Shown here in pieces: positions 17,257 through 27,534 of a stretch of DNA of 64,000 nt. Made by a program: the position numbers and the translations under genes. Location of the stretch: NCBI GenBank assembly GCA_963745025.1, contig CAVUWD010000010.1, positions 160,001 to 224,000 on the forward strand. The letters are read 5' to 3'. The stretch comes from an uncultured delta proteobacterium (GTDB lineage: Bacteria > Desulfobacterota > Binatia > JACPRU01). Within the stretch, counting starts at the first letter, position 1. Every line of letters begins with the position of its first letter. The notes beneath the pieces are model-generated. The model made no database searches and had not been told where the DNA came from. It saw only the letters and a program-made list of their open reading frames with translations.

Positions 17257-19664
17257 CTAACTGGACAGGCGGTGGAGCGGCAGCTCGACGTGGAAGGCGG
17301 CGCCGCGGGGCTCGCGAGGGCTGAACAGGAGGTCGCCGCCGTGGGCGAGCACGATCTGCTTCGAGACCGCGAGGCCGAGGCCCGACCCCTGCGCCTTGGT
17401 GGTTTCGAACAGGCGAAACAGCTGTACGGAATCGGGGATGCCGCAACCGTCGTCTTCGACGGAGATCCGCAACTTGTCCGGCGGTACGATGCTGGCGACG
17501 ATCTTCACCTCGCCGGGACCCGAGTCGATGGCTTCGATCGCGTTCTTGAGCAGGTTGTCCAGAACGCGGCGAAGCTTCCCTTCGTCCGCCTCGATTTGCT
17601 TTGGCGATTCCGTAGCGTCGAGCTTGAGAGCGATCTGATGCGCGCTCGCCACCGGTTGCCAAACATTGAGCACCTCTCGAAGAAAGCGCGGGAGCTCGAT
17701 CTGCTGAAGATCGAGACGCTGCTCGCGGGCGAAGCTCAGGAACTCGCGAATCAGCCCCTCCAGCCGACGCACTTCGGAGACCAGCTGCTCGACCGGCTTG
17801 ATCACGTTGCCGAGGGGTTGGGTCGGATCGCGACGCGCCCGCTGCAAGACCAATTGCGCTTGCATCGATAGACCCGAGAGCGGGTTTCCGAGGTCGTGCG
17901 CGATCTTGGCGGTGATCGCTCCGATGTCGGCGAGGCGGGCGCGCTCCTGGGCGAGCTTTTGCAGCTCGAGAAGCTGCGCCTCGGCCTGCCTTCGCTCGGT
18001 GACATCGATGCCCATGCTGGCGAGGAAACGCTGCCCGGCGGCATCGGTGATGGGGAACTTGAATGACAGCCACTCGCGCATCCCCTTGTCGGGCGTCGGC
18101 GCCTGCTCGAGCACCTCGATCGGCTTGTTCGACGTGAGAACCTCGAGGTCGTGGGCGCGGAGCTGCTCGGCGACCTCTAGGGGCCAGAGCTCGAAGTCGT
18201 TCTTGCCATAGACCGCTTCGAGCGACGTGTGGAACACGCGCTCGTAGGGTTTGTTCACGTAGATCATCCGTCCGGATTCGTCCTTCATGAACGCGGTTGC
18301 CGGGCTGTTGTTCATGAACGCCTCGAAGCGGGCCTCGCTGTAACGAACCGCATCTTCGGAGCGCTTGCGCTCGACGAAGTCGCCGATCTGCCGCCCTAGC
18401 CCCTCGAGCACGCGCACCAGGTCCCCCCCGACCTCGCGGAGACTGCGGTCGAAAAAGCAGATCACCCCGGCGACATCCCCCCCGATGAAGATCGGGGACG
18501 CGAAGGCCGCGCACAGCTCGAGATTACGGAGCAGGGCCGCGCGCACGAGCTCGTTCGCCTTACGGAGATCGGAGATCAGGACCGCATCTCCGCTCGCCCA
18601 TACCATTCCGGGAAGCCCCTCGCCGCGCGCAAGAGACATCGTCTCGCTGACCGATACGTATTCCGCGGCGTCGAGCGCCGGGACGTACCAAAGCCCGTCG
18701 AGGCGGAGCGTCTGCGTCTCGCTATCGACGTACCAGAGCTCGCCGAGATCCCACCCCGCCGCCATGCAGATCGCTTCCAGGAGCCGCGGAGTCGCGCCGG
18801 TGAGCGAGTCGGCCTCGGCGAGCACGCGAGTCACGGCGTACTGCGCGGCGAGATGACGCTCGGCGCTGCGCCGCTCGGTGATGTCCTGGCCGATCGACAG
18901 GACGCCGGACACGCTTCCCTTGGCGTCGCGCAGGACACGGGTATGCCACTCGATCTCGCGGCTCGAGCCCCCCCGCGGGTCAGGAGCGAGCCGAAGTAGG
19001 CCTTGGCTTCCCCGTCGCAGAGCGTTTGGATGAAGACCTCCCGCGCCCGTTGTCGCTCCGGCGCCGGCAAGAACGTGGAAAACCAGTTCTTGCCCTTGGT
19101 CTCGGCCAGCGGCAAGCCCGAAATCTTCTCCATGTATGGGTTGTAGAGCACGATCCGCCCCTCGAGATCGCGCACGAGCACGATCGCCTCTGCCGCCTCA
19201 ACCAGCCGTTCGGCGAAATCGCGTTCACGGCGCAGCGCTTCCTCCATCCGCTTTCGCTCGGTGGCGTCGCGAATGATAGCCGTGAAGAGTACTTCGTCGC
19301 CGACCTGCGCTTCGGAAACGGACACCTCGATCGGGAAGACCTCGCCGTTCTTGCGCCGCGCCTCGACGTAGCGAATGCGCCCGATCACCTTGGTGACGTG
19401 GGTCTTGTGATAATTCTGGAGGTATTGATCGTGCTCCTCGTGATACGGAGGCGGCATCAGCATGCGAATGTTCTCGCCGAGCACTTCCGACGCTGAATAC
19501 CCGAAGATCTCTTCGGCGGCACGGTTGAAGAGTGTGACGATGCCGTCGCGGTCGATGCTGACGATCGCGTCGCGAGCGGTGTCGAGCACCGCCGCCCAGC
19601 GCGCTTGATCGAGTTGACGCAAGGAGAGCGCGTTCCTCGCGCGTTTCGATACGCTTTGGCTCAC
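17257..19664 (-). CDS. FixL-like heme-PAS / PAS / GAF / PAS sensor histidine kinase; frameshift at the C7 run 18968-18974
   Basis: FNRAAEEIFGY..LMPPPYHEEHDQYL..VIGRIR FixL-type PAS; adding one G joins LLTRGG to SSREIEWHTRVLRDAKGSVSGV; H-box AKIAHDLGNPL; start uncertain. Confidence 0.85.
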
Positions 19665-19892
19665 GGACTTCGGCAGGCCTTCGGGAAAGGAGCTAGCGGA
19701 GCATCGCAGAGGTCGCAAGGGGGCCGCGTTTTCCTGTGTAGCTCCCGCCTTTCCGATGCGCGCCCGGGGCTCCAGCGCGAGGCGAGACGGTGCACGCGGC
19801 GCTCGTGCCGACCGAACCCGCTCCATCGCGCCCTCGGGACGTTCGAGGATCGAGCGGTCGCGCAACGAATCGGCAAGCTCCGAGGCGAACGC

Positions 19893-20432
19893 TCAGCGCG
19901 TTTTCACCGACGGCACCGTCTCTGTGCGGAGGAGGCCATGACTTTCGACGTCATAGCCTGCTCGGGCGAGTGCCCGGCGGGCGGCGTCGATCGTCTGGGC
20001 GCCCTCTCGTAGCGGAGCAACGGGCAGATCGGGGGCCGAACGAAGCCGCGCGAGGAGCACCGCCCGGGCCTCTTCGCCCAGTTGCTCGGAGGCCTCGTAG
20101 AGGCCTCCGGGGCCCCCTTCGAGTCGATCGTGGTCGGCCAAGACGGCACGGAGCGCACGCACGATCCCGGCTGAAGGTGTAGAAGCGAGCAGCGCAGCCA
20201 GCGCGTCGTAGCGGCGCCGAAGCCTAGCCACGGTTTCCGTGGAAACTCGATGAGCGCGCTCGAGCGCAGGGAGCAGTATCTTCTCCTCCATGCCGATATG
20301 TTTGAGAAGTCCTGCACGAAAGGAATGGTAGGCCGAAATGTCCATTTCACCCGAATCGCAGGTGACGCGCGCGAGCAAACCGACGAGCCGGCCATGATCT
20401 GCGATGAGAAACTCGAACAGCGGTCCGAACAC
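19893..20432 (-). CDS. Hemerythrin-like domain protein (metal ligands partly degenerate)
   Basis: FLIADHGRL and KHIGMEEKILLP (HxxxEE) motifs; GTG start inferred. Confidence 0.7.
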   Translation of the reverse strand: MFGPLFEFLIADHGRLVGLLARVTCDSGEMDISAYHSFRAGLLKHIGMEEKILLPALERAHRVSTETVARLRRRYDALAALLASTPSAGIVRALRAVLADHDRLEGGPGGLYEASEQLGEEARAVLLARLRSAPDLPVAPLREGAQTIDAARRALARAGYDVESHGLLRTETVPSVKTR

Positions 20433-20460
20433 TTGCCAAGAGACCTCTGGCCTGGACCAA

Positions 20461-20476
20461 CGCAAAAATCCTGCCA
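20461..20476 (-). promoter_or_regulatory. sigma-54 motif upstream of the hemerythrin-like gene
   Basis: TGGCAGGATTTTTGCG. Confidence 0.65.
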
Positions 20477-20654
20477 GTCGGCATGCCGAAAACCCGTCGC
20501 TTCTCGCTCCGACAAAATTCTCCGAGCCAGCCATCCTCTCAGGTCTGAGAAACTTATGCCTCTTGCGTCTCAGTTTCGGCTTTGAGACCAAGAAAGCAGC
20601 GCATTCGCAATGCTCGGGCGATTTGCCAGGATGTCTGCGTAGGTCGTGGCGCCG

Positions 20655-22349
20655 ATGGTGAACCACCGCACAATAGTCGCGTACTTCTCGATGGAAGTCG
20701 GCATCGATCCCGCGATGCCAACATATGCCGGCGGTCTTGGCGTACTCGCCGCCGATACCATCCGGTCTGCCGCCGATCAGGAAGTGCCGATGGTCGCTGT
20801 CACCCTCCTCCATCGCAAAGGCTACTTTCGTCAGAAGCTCGCTGCCGACGGTTGGCAAAATGAGGAGCCGGAGCAGTGGGTGGTCACCGATTACCTCACC
20901 GAGCTCCCCGAGAGGGCTACGGTGACGATCGGAGGCCGTGAAGTCGCCCTGCGCGCGTGGCAATACCTGGTGACCGGCGTCGGCGGCTATACCGTACCGA
21001 TCTACTTCCTCGACGCCGATCTAGCGGAGAACGCCGAGTCCGACCGTAGGCTGACGGATTCTCTGTACGGAGGAGACGACCGCTACCGCCTCTGCCAGGA
21101 GGTGATCCTCGGAATCGGCGGCGTGCGCATGCTGCGGCAGCTCGGCCACACCGAGCTCGCGCACTTCCACATGAACGAGGGACATTCGAGCCTGCTCGCG
21201 CTCGAGCTTCTCGACGAAGAAGCGAACCGCCAAGGCCGAACCACGATTCGCCACGAGGACGTGGAGGCGGTTCAGCAGAAATGCATTTTCACGACGCACA
21301 CGCCGGTCGAATCCGGCCACGATCAGTTTCCGATGACGCTCGTAGAGCAGGTGCTCGGTCGCCGCGAGATCCACGAGATGGAGGATTTGTTCTGCTGCGA
21401 GGGTCGGCTGAACATGACCTTTCTCGGATTCAACCTGAGCCACTACATCAATGGCGTCGCCAAGAAGCACCGCGAGGTGGCGCAGCGGCTCTTCCAGCGC
21501 TTCAAGATCGACGCGATCACCAATGGAGTCCATGTCGCGACCTGGGTCGCGCCCGCGATCGCCGAGCTCTTCGATCGGCACATCCCCGATTGGCGGGCCG
21601 ACAATTACAGCCTTCGCTATTCGGTCTCGCTGCCGCGCGAGGAGGTGTTGCGGGCCCACGCGGCGGCGAAGCTCGAGCTCGTCGATTGGCTGAATCGCGA
21701 GCACGGAGCAGGCTTCGACCCCGAAGTCTTCACGATCGGCTTTGCCCGCAGAGCCACCGGCTACAAGCGAGCCGACCTGCTGTTCGCCGACGTCGAGCGG
21801 CTCAAGTCGATCGTACGCGACAACGGCCCCCTACAGGTCGTCTTCGCCGGCAAGGCGCATCCGCGAGACTCGAGCGGGAAGGAAGCCATCAAGCGCATCT
21901 TCGCCGCCCGAAAGCGGCTGGCTCAAGAGATCCCGATCGTCTACGTCGAAAACTACGATCTCGCGATCGCCAAGCGCCTGGTCGCCGGCGTCGACCTCTG
22001 GCTCAACACCCCCGAACCGCCGCTCGAGGCTTCCGGAACGAGCGGCATGAAGGCGGCCGTCAATGCCGTGCCGAGCCTGAGCGTCCTCGATGGCTGGTGG
22101 ATCGAGGGACACCTCGAAGGGGTCACGGGGTGGGCGATCGGCGAAGCGCGCGACACCTCCGATGGCGATAGTTGGTCGAAGGACGCCGCCTCGCTCTATG
22201 ACAAGCTCGGGGGCGTGATCCTCCCCATGTTCTACGGCGAGCGCGATTCGTTCACCAACGTCATGATCCGTTCGATCGCGTTAAACGGATCGTTCTTCAA
22301 TACGCAAAGGATGATTCAGCAGTACGTCGTCAAGGCGTACTTCGAGTAG
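20655..22349 (+). CDS. glgP: Alpha-glucan phosphorylase (short form)
   Basis: [32 protein letters not shown] and [10 protein letters not shown] (PLP Lys). Confidence 0.95.
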   Translation: MVNHRTIVAYFSMEVGIDPAMPTYAGGLGVLAADTIRSAADQEVPMVAVTLLHRKGYFRQKLAADGWQNEEPEQWVVTDYLTELPERATVTIGGREVALRAWQYLVTGVGGYTVPIYFLDADLAENAESDRRLTDSLYGGDDRYRLCQEVILGIGGVRMLRQLGHTELAHFHMNEGHSSLLALELLDEEANRQGRTTIRHEDVEAVQQKCIFTTHTPVESGHDQFPMTLVEQVLGRREIHEMEDLFCCEGRLNMTFLGFNLSHYINGVAKKHREVAQRLFQRFKIDAITNGVHVATWVAPAIAELFDRHIPDWRADNYSLRYSVSLPREEVLRAHAAAKLELVDWLNREHGAGFDPEVFTIGFARRATGYKRADLLFADVERLKSIVRDNGPLQVVFAGKAHPRDSSGKEAIKRIFAARKRLAQEIPIVYVENYDLAIAKRLVAGVDLWLNTPEPPLEASGTSGMKAAVNAVPSLSVLDGWWIEGHLEGVTGWAIGEARDTSDGDSWSKDAASLYDKLGGVILPMFYGERDSFTNVMIRSIALNGSFFNTQRMIQQYVVKAYFE

Positions 22350-22354
22350 CGACA

Positions 22355-22976
22355 TCAGGGGCCGACGTCGGGCGGGGCAATCTTCGCGGCCGCGGGCTGG
22401 GGGACCACCCGGTCGCGGCGGTAGATGTCTCGACGAAACTGCACGGCCCCCTGCTCGTCGACCCACGCCGTCCAGTAAACGATCGCGATGTCGGCTGGGT
22501 CCTGCAGACGGATCGTGGCGGTGCCGCCCGTTTTGATCGCGGCGGCGAAGGTCTGGGGCGTCCAGTCGTCCTGCCCGCGGAGCAACCATGACGCGATTTC
22601 GGTCGCCCCGTCCACTCGAATGCAACCGTGACTCAAGGCCCGCACCGGGCGCTCGAAGAGATGCTTCCTCGGAGTGTCGTGTAGAAACACGCGATACGGA
22701 TTGTCGAACACGAACTTCAGCTGCCCGAGCGGGTTCGTCGCCCCCGGCGGTTGCCAGAAGCGCAAGCGTGCGGCCCGTGGGCTCCACCAATCGACTTTCT
22801 GCGGGTCGATCGGGCGCGCGGCGGCGTCCCGCCCGTCGAAAACGATGATGCCTTCGCGGTCGAGACGCGAGGTCGTGATCGCGCGGCTGCGGCTCGGCAG
22901 CGATGGCTGAGCGGACGGTGAGTGAAAGCGCGACGACGAGCAACGCTTGCGTCCGTGGCGAGTTGCTCAACGACAT
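22355..22976 (-). pseudogene. Murein L,D-transpeptidase (YcbB-like) with an internal deletion
   Basis: C-terminal NPLGQLKF, FLHDTP and SHGCIRV intact; a signal peptide (MSLSNSPRTQALLVVALSL..AIAA) is joined out of frame near 22865. Confidence 0.7.
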
Positions 22977-23278
22977 CGCTCGGCCGAAGGCGCCACGAGC
23001 AGGGATCGACGGAGTTGGATGCGCTCGGAGGCGCCCCGGAGCCTCAGCTTCGTTCGTGCGTTTGGCAAGTGACATCGTTCGAGCCCGAGCCTATGGCAAG
23101 CCCTACAGAGCAAGCGACAGGCGAATGTCCTCGAACGCAAGAAACAGGAATCTCGAATCTGCTTTCATGGGAACCGCACCAGGCCCGCTGCGAAGGCGTT
23201 GGTAGCACCTTTCGCCCAAGGCGCCATTCTCGGCTGCGAGAATGAGCTCGGGGAACGGTTCCCGGGAATGGTAAGCCG

Positions 23279-23686
23279 CTACTTTTCCTGGATCGTTTCC
23301 AGGTAAGCGGCAAGGGCGCTGATCTCGGCGCGGGCCCCGCCCGATCCATCCTTCCAGCGGAAGAGCCGTCCCCACACCGGCATTCGGCGGGATCCATGAG
23401 AGGCCACCATGGTTTCCCCATCGATGAAATCGATCACCCAACGCGTCTGGAACTCGCCGCCGTGCCTCTTCTGGATCAGCGTCAGGTCCGGCGGCGCCGT
23501 CTTCAGAGATGCCGCTGCCGGACCTCCACCTCTCGCGTCGACGCCGTGGCAGGTCGCGCAGTATGTTTCGAAGACTTCCTTGCCCCACGCCGTCGGTATC
23601 TTCCGCGTCTCGTACATCTCCATGGTGCCACTCGCGCCGAGCGCAATCATGGACAGAGTCGCTAACCATGGAAAAGCGATGCGCAT
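23279..23686 (-). CDS. Monoheme cytochrome c
   Basis: Signal peptide; CATCH; HG..MPVWG axial Met. Confidence 0.9.
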   Translation of the reverse strand: MRIAFPWLATLSMIALGASGTMEMYETRKIPTAWGKEVFETYCATCHGVDARGGGPAAASLKTAPPDLTLIQKRHGGEFQTRWVIDFIDGETMVASHGSRRMPVWGRLFRWKDGSGGARAEISALAAYLETIQEK

Positions 23687-23701
23687 AGCGCAGGGCGTCC
23701 T

Positions 23702-24181
23702 CTAGGTTTCTCGAACGAGCTCAACAGGCGCTGATGGCCGTGTGAGTATTCGGATCTCTTCGACGAGCCTCGTGCAGGCATCGAGCAGATTGCTGCGTGT
23801 GAGAATGCCAACGACCTTCCCTTTTTCGACGATCGGCACAGCTCCGATGCGCTCGCGGCGGATCAGTTGAGCCGCATGGTCGATCGTGCCATCCGGCGGA
23901 AGCGTCAGAACGTTTCGCGTCATCACTTCCTCGACGGGGATCTCCCCCGCGCTGGCCGAGGGTCGGCGGCGGCTTCTCCTGCGGCGTCCCAAGATGTTTA
24001 GAACAGATGGAAACGCGTCACGCAGGTCGCGGTCGGTGATGATGCCGACGAGTCGGCCTCGAACGACGACGGGGAGCTGGTTAATCCGCTGCTTCTCCAT
24101 GAGCTCGCGAGCATGAAGGATCGTGTCACGCGGCTTGATGCTCACGATCGGGCTGGTCATCCATTCTCGGACTCGAATCAT
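23702..24181 (-). CDS. CBS domain protein
   Basis: Tandem CBS (RINQLPVV..GIITDRD; IGAVPIV..GILTR); GAGGAG RBS. Confidence 0.92.
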   Translation of the reverse strand: MIRVREWMTSPIVSIKPRDTILHARELMEKQRINQLPVVVRGRLVGIITDRDLRDAFPSVLNILGRRRRSRRRPSASAGEIPVEEVMTRNVLTLPPDGTIDHAAQLIRRERIGAVPIVEKGKVVGILTRSNLLDACTRLVEEIRILTRPSAPVELVRET

Positions 24182-24210
24182 GTGGCTTGGTCTCCTCTTT
24201 GATTGCTGAC

Positions 24211-24226
24211 AGCAATTCGCTTGCCA
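24211..24226 (-). promoter_or_regulatory. sigma-54 motif upstream of the CBS-cytochrome c operon
   Basis: TGGCAAGCGAATTGCT. Confidence 0.7.
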
Positions 24227-24303
24227 CCCCTAGAACTCGACTTTCCCGTCGGTGCGCTCGTGCTAGTATTGCGATACGCGCTGCCGATCGAGGGCGCGTT
24301 CGT

Positions 24304-25353
24304 ATGTCTTTCCGTAGTCTGCGTCTGCGACGTGTCGGTAACGACGGTTTTCTGGTGGCTCGGTCTGAAGGAAAGCTGCATCTCAACCGCTCGGCCGAGG
24401 CCGCATCGCCATGGCGACTGCGGCGTCGGAAGCTTCGGCGACCGCGGCGCACGACCGGCAAGGAGCGCCGCTGGCTGAACCCTTACTGGGGGCCGTTCAA
24501 GTGGACGGAGCGGAACGTGGACCGCTTCGCTGCGCGGCACATCTATCCCCACCTGCTCGGCATCTGGCACACTTACTGTTGGCTGCTCGAGCGACGTTTC
24601 GAGGTGGCCGAGGCGACGATCGAGCCGCCCCTTTGGCCAAGCGATGCGGCGGATCTCCGGGTCCTGCTGCTGAGCGACATTCATGCTGGCGCCTTCCTCA
24701 AGCCGGAGGTGTTGGGCTCGCTTCTTGGCACGCTCATGGACCTGAATCCCGACGTCGTCGCCGTCGCCGGTGACATCGTCGAGGGCAAGACCGAGGATCT
24801 CGACGGTTTCCTGCCCGCGCTCTCACTACTCGCCCGAGCTCCCCTCGGTGCGTGGTACTGTCATGGGAACCACGATTACTACACATTCGCGCCCGAGCGC
24901 ATCCGCGCAGAGCTCGGCTCGATCGGCATCCGCACGCTCCGCAACGAATCGGTCATCCTCGGCCACCGCGGAGCGTGCGTGGTGGTCGGCGGCATCGACG
25001 ACCGCATCCTCGGCGGTCCCGATTGGGAGCAGCTCGTCGCGGTGAACGGCCCGCCCCATCTTCTGCTCGCGCACAACCCCGACGACTTCTACGAGGCCGA
25101 GCGGCGCCGGGTGGCGCTGGTGCTTTCCGGGCACACGCACGGCGGGCAGATCCGCTTCCCGAAGGGGCCGCCGCTCATCCGCCAGAGCAAGTTCTGTCTG
25201 GACGAGGGCCTCTACGTGCACGGAGAGACTCTGCTCGCGGTCTCGCGGGGCGTCGGCGCGGTGGGGCTGCCGTGGCGCGCCGGGGCCCATCCGGAAGCGA
25301 TGCTCCTCTGTGTCCGTGCGCCGCGCCGCTCAGGTGGCGCGCCCCAGCGGTAG
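24304..25353 (+). CDS. Metallophosphoesterase (YkuE-like)
   Basis: DIH, GD, GNHD, AHNPD and GHTHGGQ motifs; start uncertain. Confidence 0.88.
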   Translation: MSFRSLRLRRVGNDGFLVARSEGKLHLNRSAEAASPWRLRRRKLRRPRRTTGKERRWLNPYWGPFKWTERNVDRFAARHIYPHLLGIWHTYCWLLERRFEVAEATIEPPLWPSDAADLRVLLLSDIHAGAFLKPEVLGSLLGTLMDLNPDVVAVAGDIVEGKTEDLDGFLPALSLLARAPLGAWYCHGNHDYYTFAPERIRAELGSIGIRTLRNESVILGHRGACVVVGGIDDRILGGPDWEQLVAVNGPPHLLLAHNPDDFYEAERRRVALVLSGHTHGGQIRFPKGPPLIRQSKFCLDEGLYVHGETLLAVSRGVGAVGLPWRAGAHPEAMLLCVRAPRRSGGAPQR

Positions 25354-25358
25354 GCCCG

Positions 25359-25532
25359 ATGCCTTGGACGGAGCTCCGCTACCCGCCCGCCATGGAGCAT
25401 TTGCCCGCGGGTGTGCGCGAGAAGGCGATCGAGATCGCCAACGCTCTGCTGGAAGAAGGTCGGGAGGAGGGCGCCGCGATCCGCATCGCAATCGCGAAGG
25501 CGAAGGAGTGGGCCGCGCGCCGCGATCTGTAG
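25359..25532 (+). CDS. Small DUF2188/ChaB-like protein (57 aa)
   Basis: MPWTELRYPPAMEHLPAGVREKAIEIANALLEEG..AIRIAIAKAKEWA, a recognisable conserved small protein. Confidence 0.8.
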   Translation: MPWTELRYPPAMEHLPAGVREKAIEIANALLEEGREEGAAIRIAIAKAKEWAARRDL

Positions 25533-25543
25533 CTTGGGCGAGC

Positions 25544-26273
25544 CTAGACGGTCTCGAGGCCGCCCGTGCTTCTGAGCGGGGCGGCGCAGATCGGCAGCGA
25601 AGCGGGCCTCTCGAGCCATCTCGCGGCACTTCGTCGTCCGACACCGGCCGGAAGTCGGTCGCGAAGCCGCCGATCGTCAAAAGAGGGCCGGCGTGGTGCA
25701 TTGTCGACCGAGCTCTCGACCAGCTCCTCGAGCAGTCTCACGGTCTCGAGCCGCAGAACCACGGGGACGGCGAGCACGAGGCGCTCGATCGGCTGGCGGC
25801 GCAAGGCGCCGATCGCGGCGACCACGGTGGCGGCCGTGGCTGACGCCGTCGTCGACGAGGATGGCCGTCGCGCCGGCTGGAAGCTCGAGCGGCTCGCCGT
25901 CGCGGAAGAGCTGCTGGCGGTCGCGCGATGCTCCACCCGCTGCTCCGCCGTCTCGCGCGACACGTGCGCGCGCCAGGCTTCGCTCCTCTCGGCGGTCGCC
26001 GGATGTCAGATAGGGCTCGCCGCCCTCAGCAACGGCGCCGATGGCGAAATCGGGATTCTGCGAGGCGCGCAGCTTGCGGGAGATGATGACGTCGAGCGGA
26101 GAGCTCGAGCTCACGGGCGATCTCCGCCGCCGGCACGACGCCGCCGCGTGGCAGGCCGAGCACGGACCGCGCGCTGCGCCTGCCGATAGCGCTGCGAGCC
26201 GCCTCGAGAGCAGCGCAGCCCCCCTCGCGACGGTCGCGGAACCGGCTGGGAAGGCATCGCGGTCGGGGTCCAT
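25544..26273 (-). pseudogene. Phosphoribosyltransferase (Rv0571c/Rv2030c N-terminal type) with multiple frameshifts
   Basis: RFRDRREGG, VLGLPRGGV, LDVIISRKL..NPDFAIGAVAE, ILVDDG, LVLAVPV and DFRPVSDDEV distributed over three frames. Confidence 0.8.
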
Positions 26274-26298
26274 GGGCGATCGCACGGAAGCTCAAGGA

Positions 26299-26314
26299 TG
26301 CAAGCCACGAGCCA
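26299..26314 (-). promoter_or_regulatory. sigma-54 motif upstream of the PRT pseudogene
   Basis: TGGCTCGTGGCTTGCA. Confidence 0.55.
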
Positions 26315-26621
26315 TCGAGTGTCTGCTGTGGCAGGGCAGCGCGATCGGCTCGAGGCGGGTATCGCAGGTCTCGAAAATGCAAAGCTCGGCGACCACGCGT
26401 TCCCAAGGGTAGGAATGGCCGCGGCGGCGCCAGGCCTGGGTCCGCGAGGAACTCGACGCGGCGGTCGGCCAGAAACACGGAAATCCAGGTTCCCTCGTTC
26501 TCCTCCGTGTCCGGGACCCGCAGGCGCCAGGGGAAGATCGGCCCCGACGGTCTTCTCTCCGCACTCCTTCTTTGGCAAAAGAAGCTTGCCTTCGCATAGA
26601 GTAAAGAAGGGGCGGGTAGGA

Positions 26622-27116
26622 ATGCGTATCCGGCGAATTCTCGTACCGATAGATTTTTCCGCCGGCTCCGACTACGCGTTGAAGTACGCGGCGGTTCTCG
26701 CTCGCGAGTTTGGAGCCCGGATCATCGTCTTCCACGCTCTCGAGCCGCTCATCCTTGGCGATATCTATGGATCCCCGGGATCCCCGGAGATCGCCGGCCT
26801 GAACGAAGAGTTGAGGCGTTCTGCGAGCCGCCGCGTTACGCTCCTCGTCGCCCGGCTCAGAAAACGGGGACTGCGCAGTCAGGGCGTGATCGAGCACGGC
26901 TCGGCCGCACACGCGATCTTGGAGCAAGCGGCGAAGTCGGCCGATCTCGTCGTGATGGGGACCCACGGTCGAAGCGGATTCTCGCGCCTGCTGATGGGAA
27001 GCGTCGCGGAGAAGGTCGTGCGCGGCGCGCGCCATCCTGTGCTGACGGTCCGCGAGCCCCGACGACCGGCGAGACGGCCCGCGCGAGCGCGATCCCGCCG
27101 CGGAGCGAAAGATTGA
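26622..27116 (+). CDS. Universal stress protein
   Basis: RILVPIDFS; DLVVMGTHGRSG..MGSVAEKVVR. Confidence 0.92.
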   Translation: MRIRRILVPIDFSAGSDYALKYAAVLAREFGARIIVFHALEPLILGDIYGSPGSPEIAGLNEELRRSASRRVTLLVARLRKRGLRSQGVIEHGSAAHAILEQAAKSADLVVMGTHGRSGFSRLLMGSVAEKVVRGARHPVLTVREPRRPARRPARARSRRGAKD

Positions 27117-27523
27117 AGTTTCGCCGAATCCTCGTGCCGCTCGCGCTCGACGCGGGCGAAGCCCCTGTGTTGGCCTTCGCCACGAAGCTCGCGAGCGTGG
27201 ACGGCGGAACGATCTTCCTGCTCCACATCCTAGCCGAGAGCGAGAAGCAGCCCGCGGCGCCGCGCACACAAGAGCTCGCACGGACGGCGCTCGAGGAGAT
27301 GGCGCGCGTGAACCTCGATCGCGAAGTTCCCCGAGAGATCTTGTTCGGGACCGGCGATGTGCCCTCCGTGATCATCGATTTCGAACGGGTGATCCCCGCC
27401 GACCTCGTCGTGATGAGGACGCACGCTCGAGTGGCGCTGCTACGGAAGGCGCTCGGCTCGGTCACCGAACGTGTCGTTCGCGAGTCGCTGTGTCCGGTGC
27501 TCGTTGTTCCGCAGGCGATCTGA
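27113..27523 (+). CDS. Universal stress protein
   Basis: RILVPL; DLVVMRTH..LGSVTERVVRESLCPVLVV; TTGA overlap with the upstream USP. Confidence 0.88.
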   Translation: MKFRRILVPLALDAGEAPVLAFATKLASVDGGTIFLLHILAESEKQPAAPRTQELARTALEEMARVNLDREVPREILFGTGDVPSVIIDFERVIPADLVVMRTHARVALLRKALGSVTERVVRESLCPVLVVPQAI

Positions 27524-27534
27524 GAGAGCCGGAG

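Noticed and set aside
18968-18974. Phase variation or programmed frameshifting at the homopolymer in the FixL-like kinase (also 32860-32865 in pcm and 57617-57619 in acsA)
   Set aside because: Single-base indels in short G/C runs across unrelated, otherwise intact genes are most simply long-read consensus errors; read data would be needed to claim more
26572-26590. sigma-54 promoter for the USP pair (TGGCAAAAGAAGCTTGC)
   Set aside because: GG-to-GC spacing is 12 nt, not the required 10
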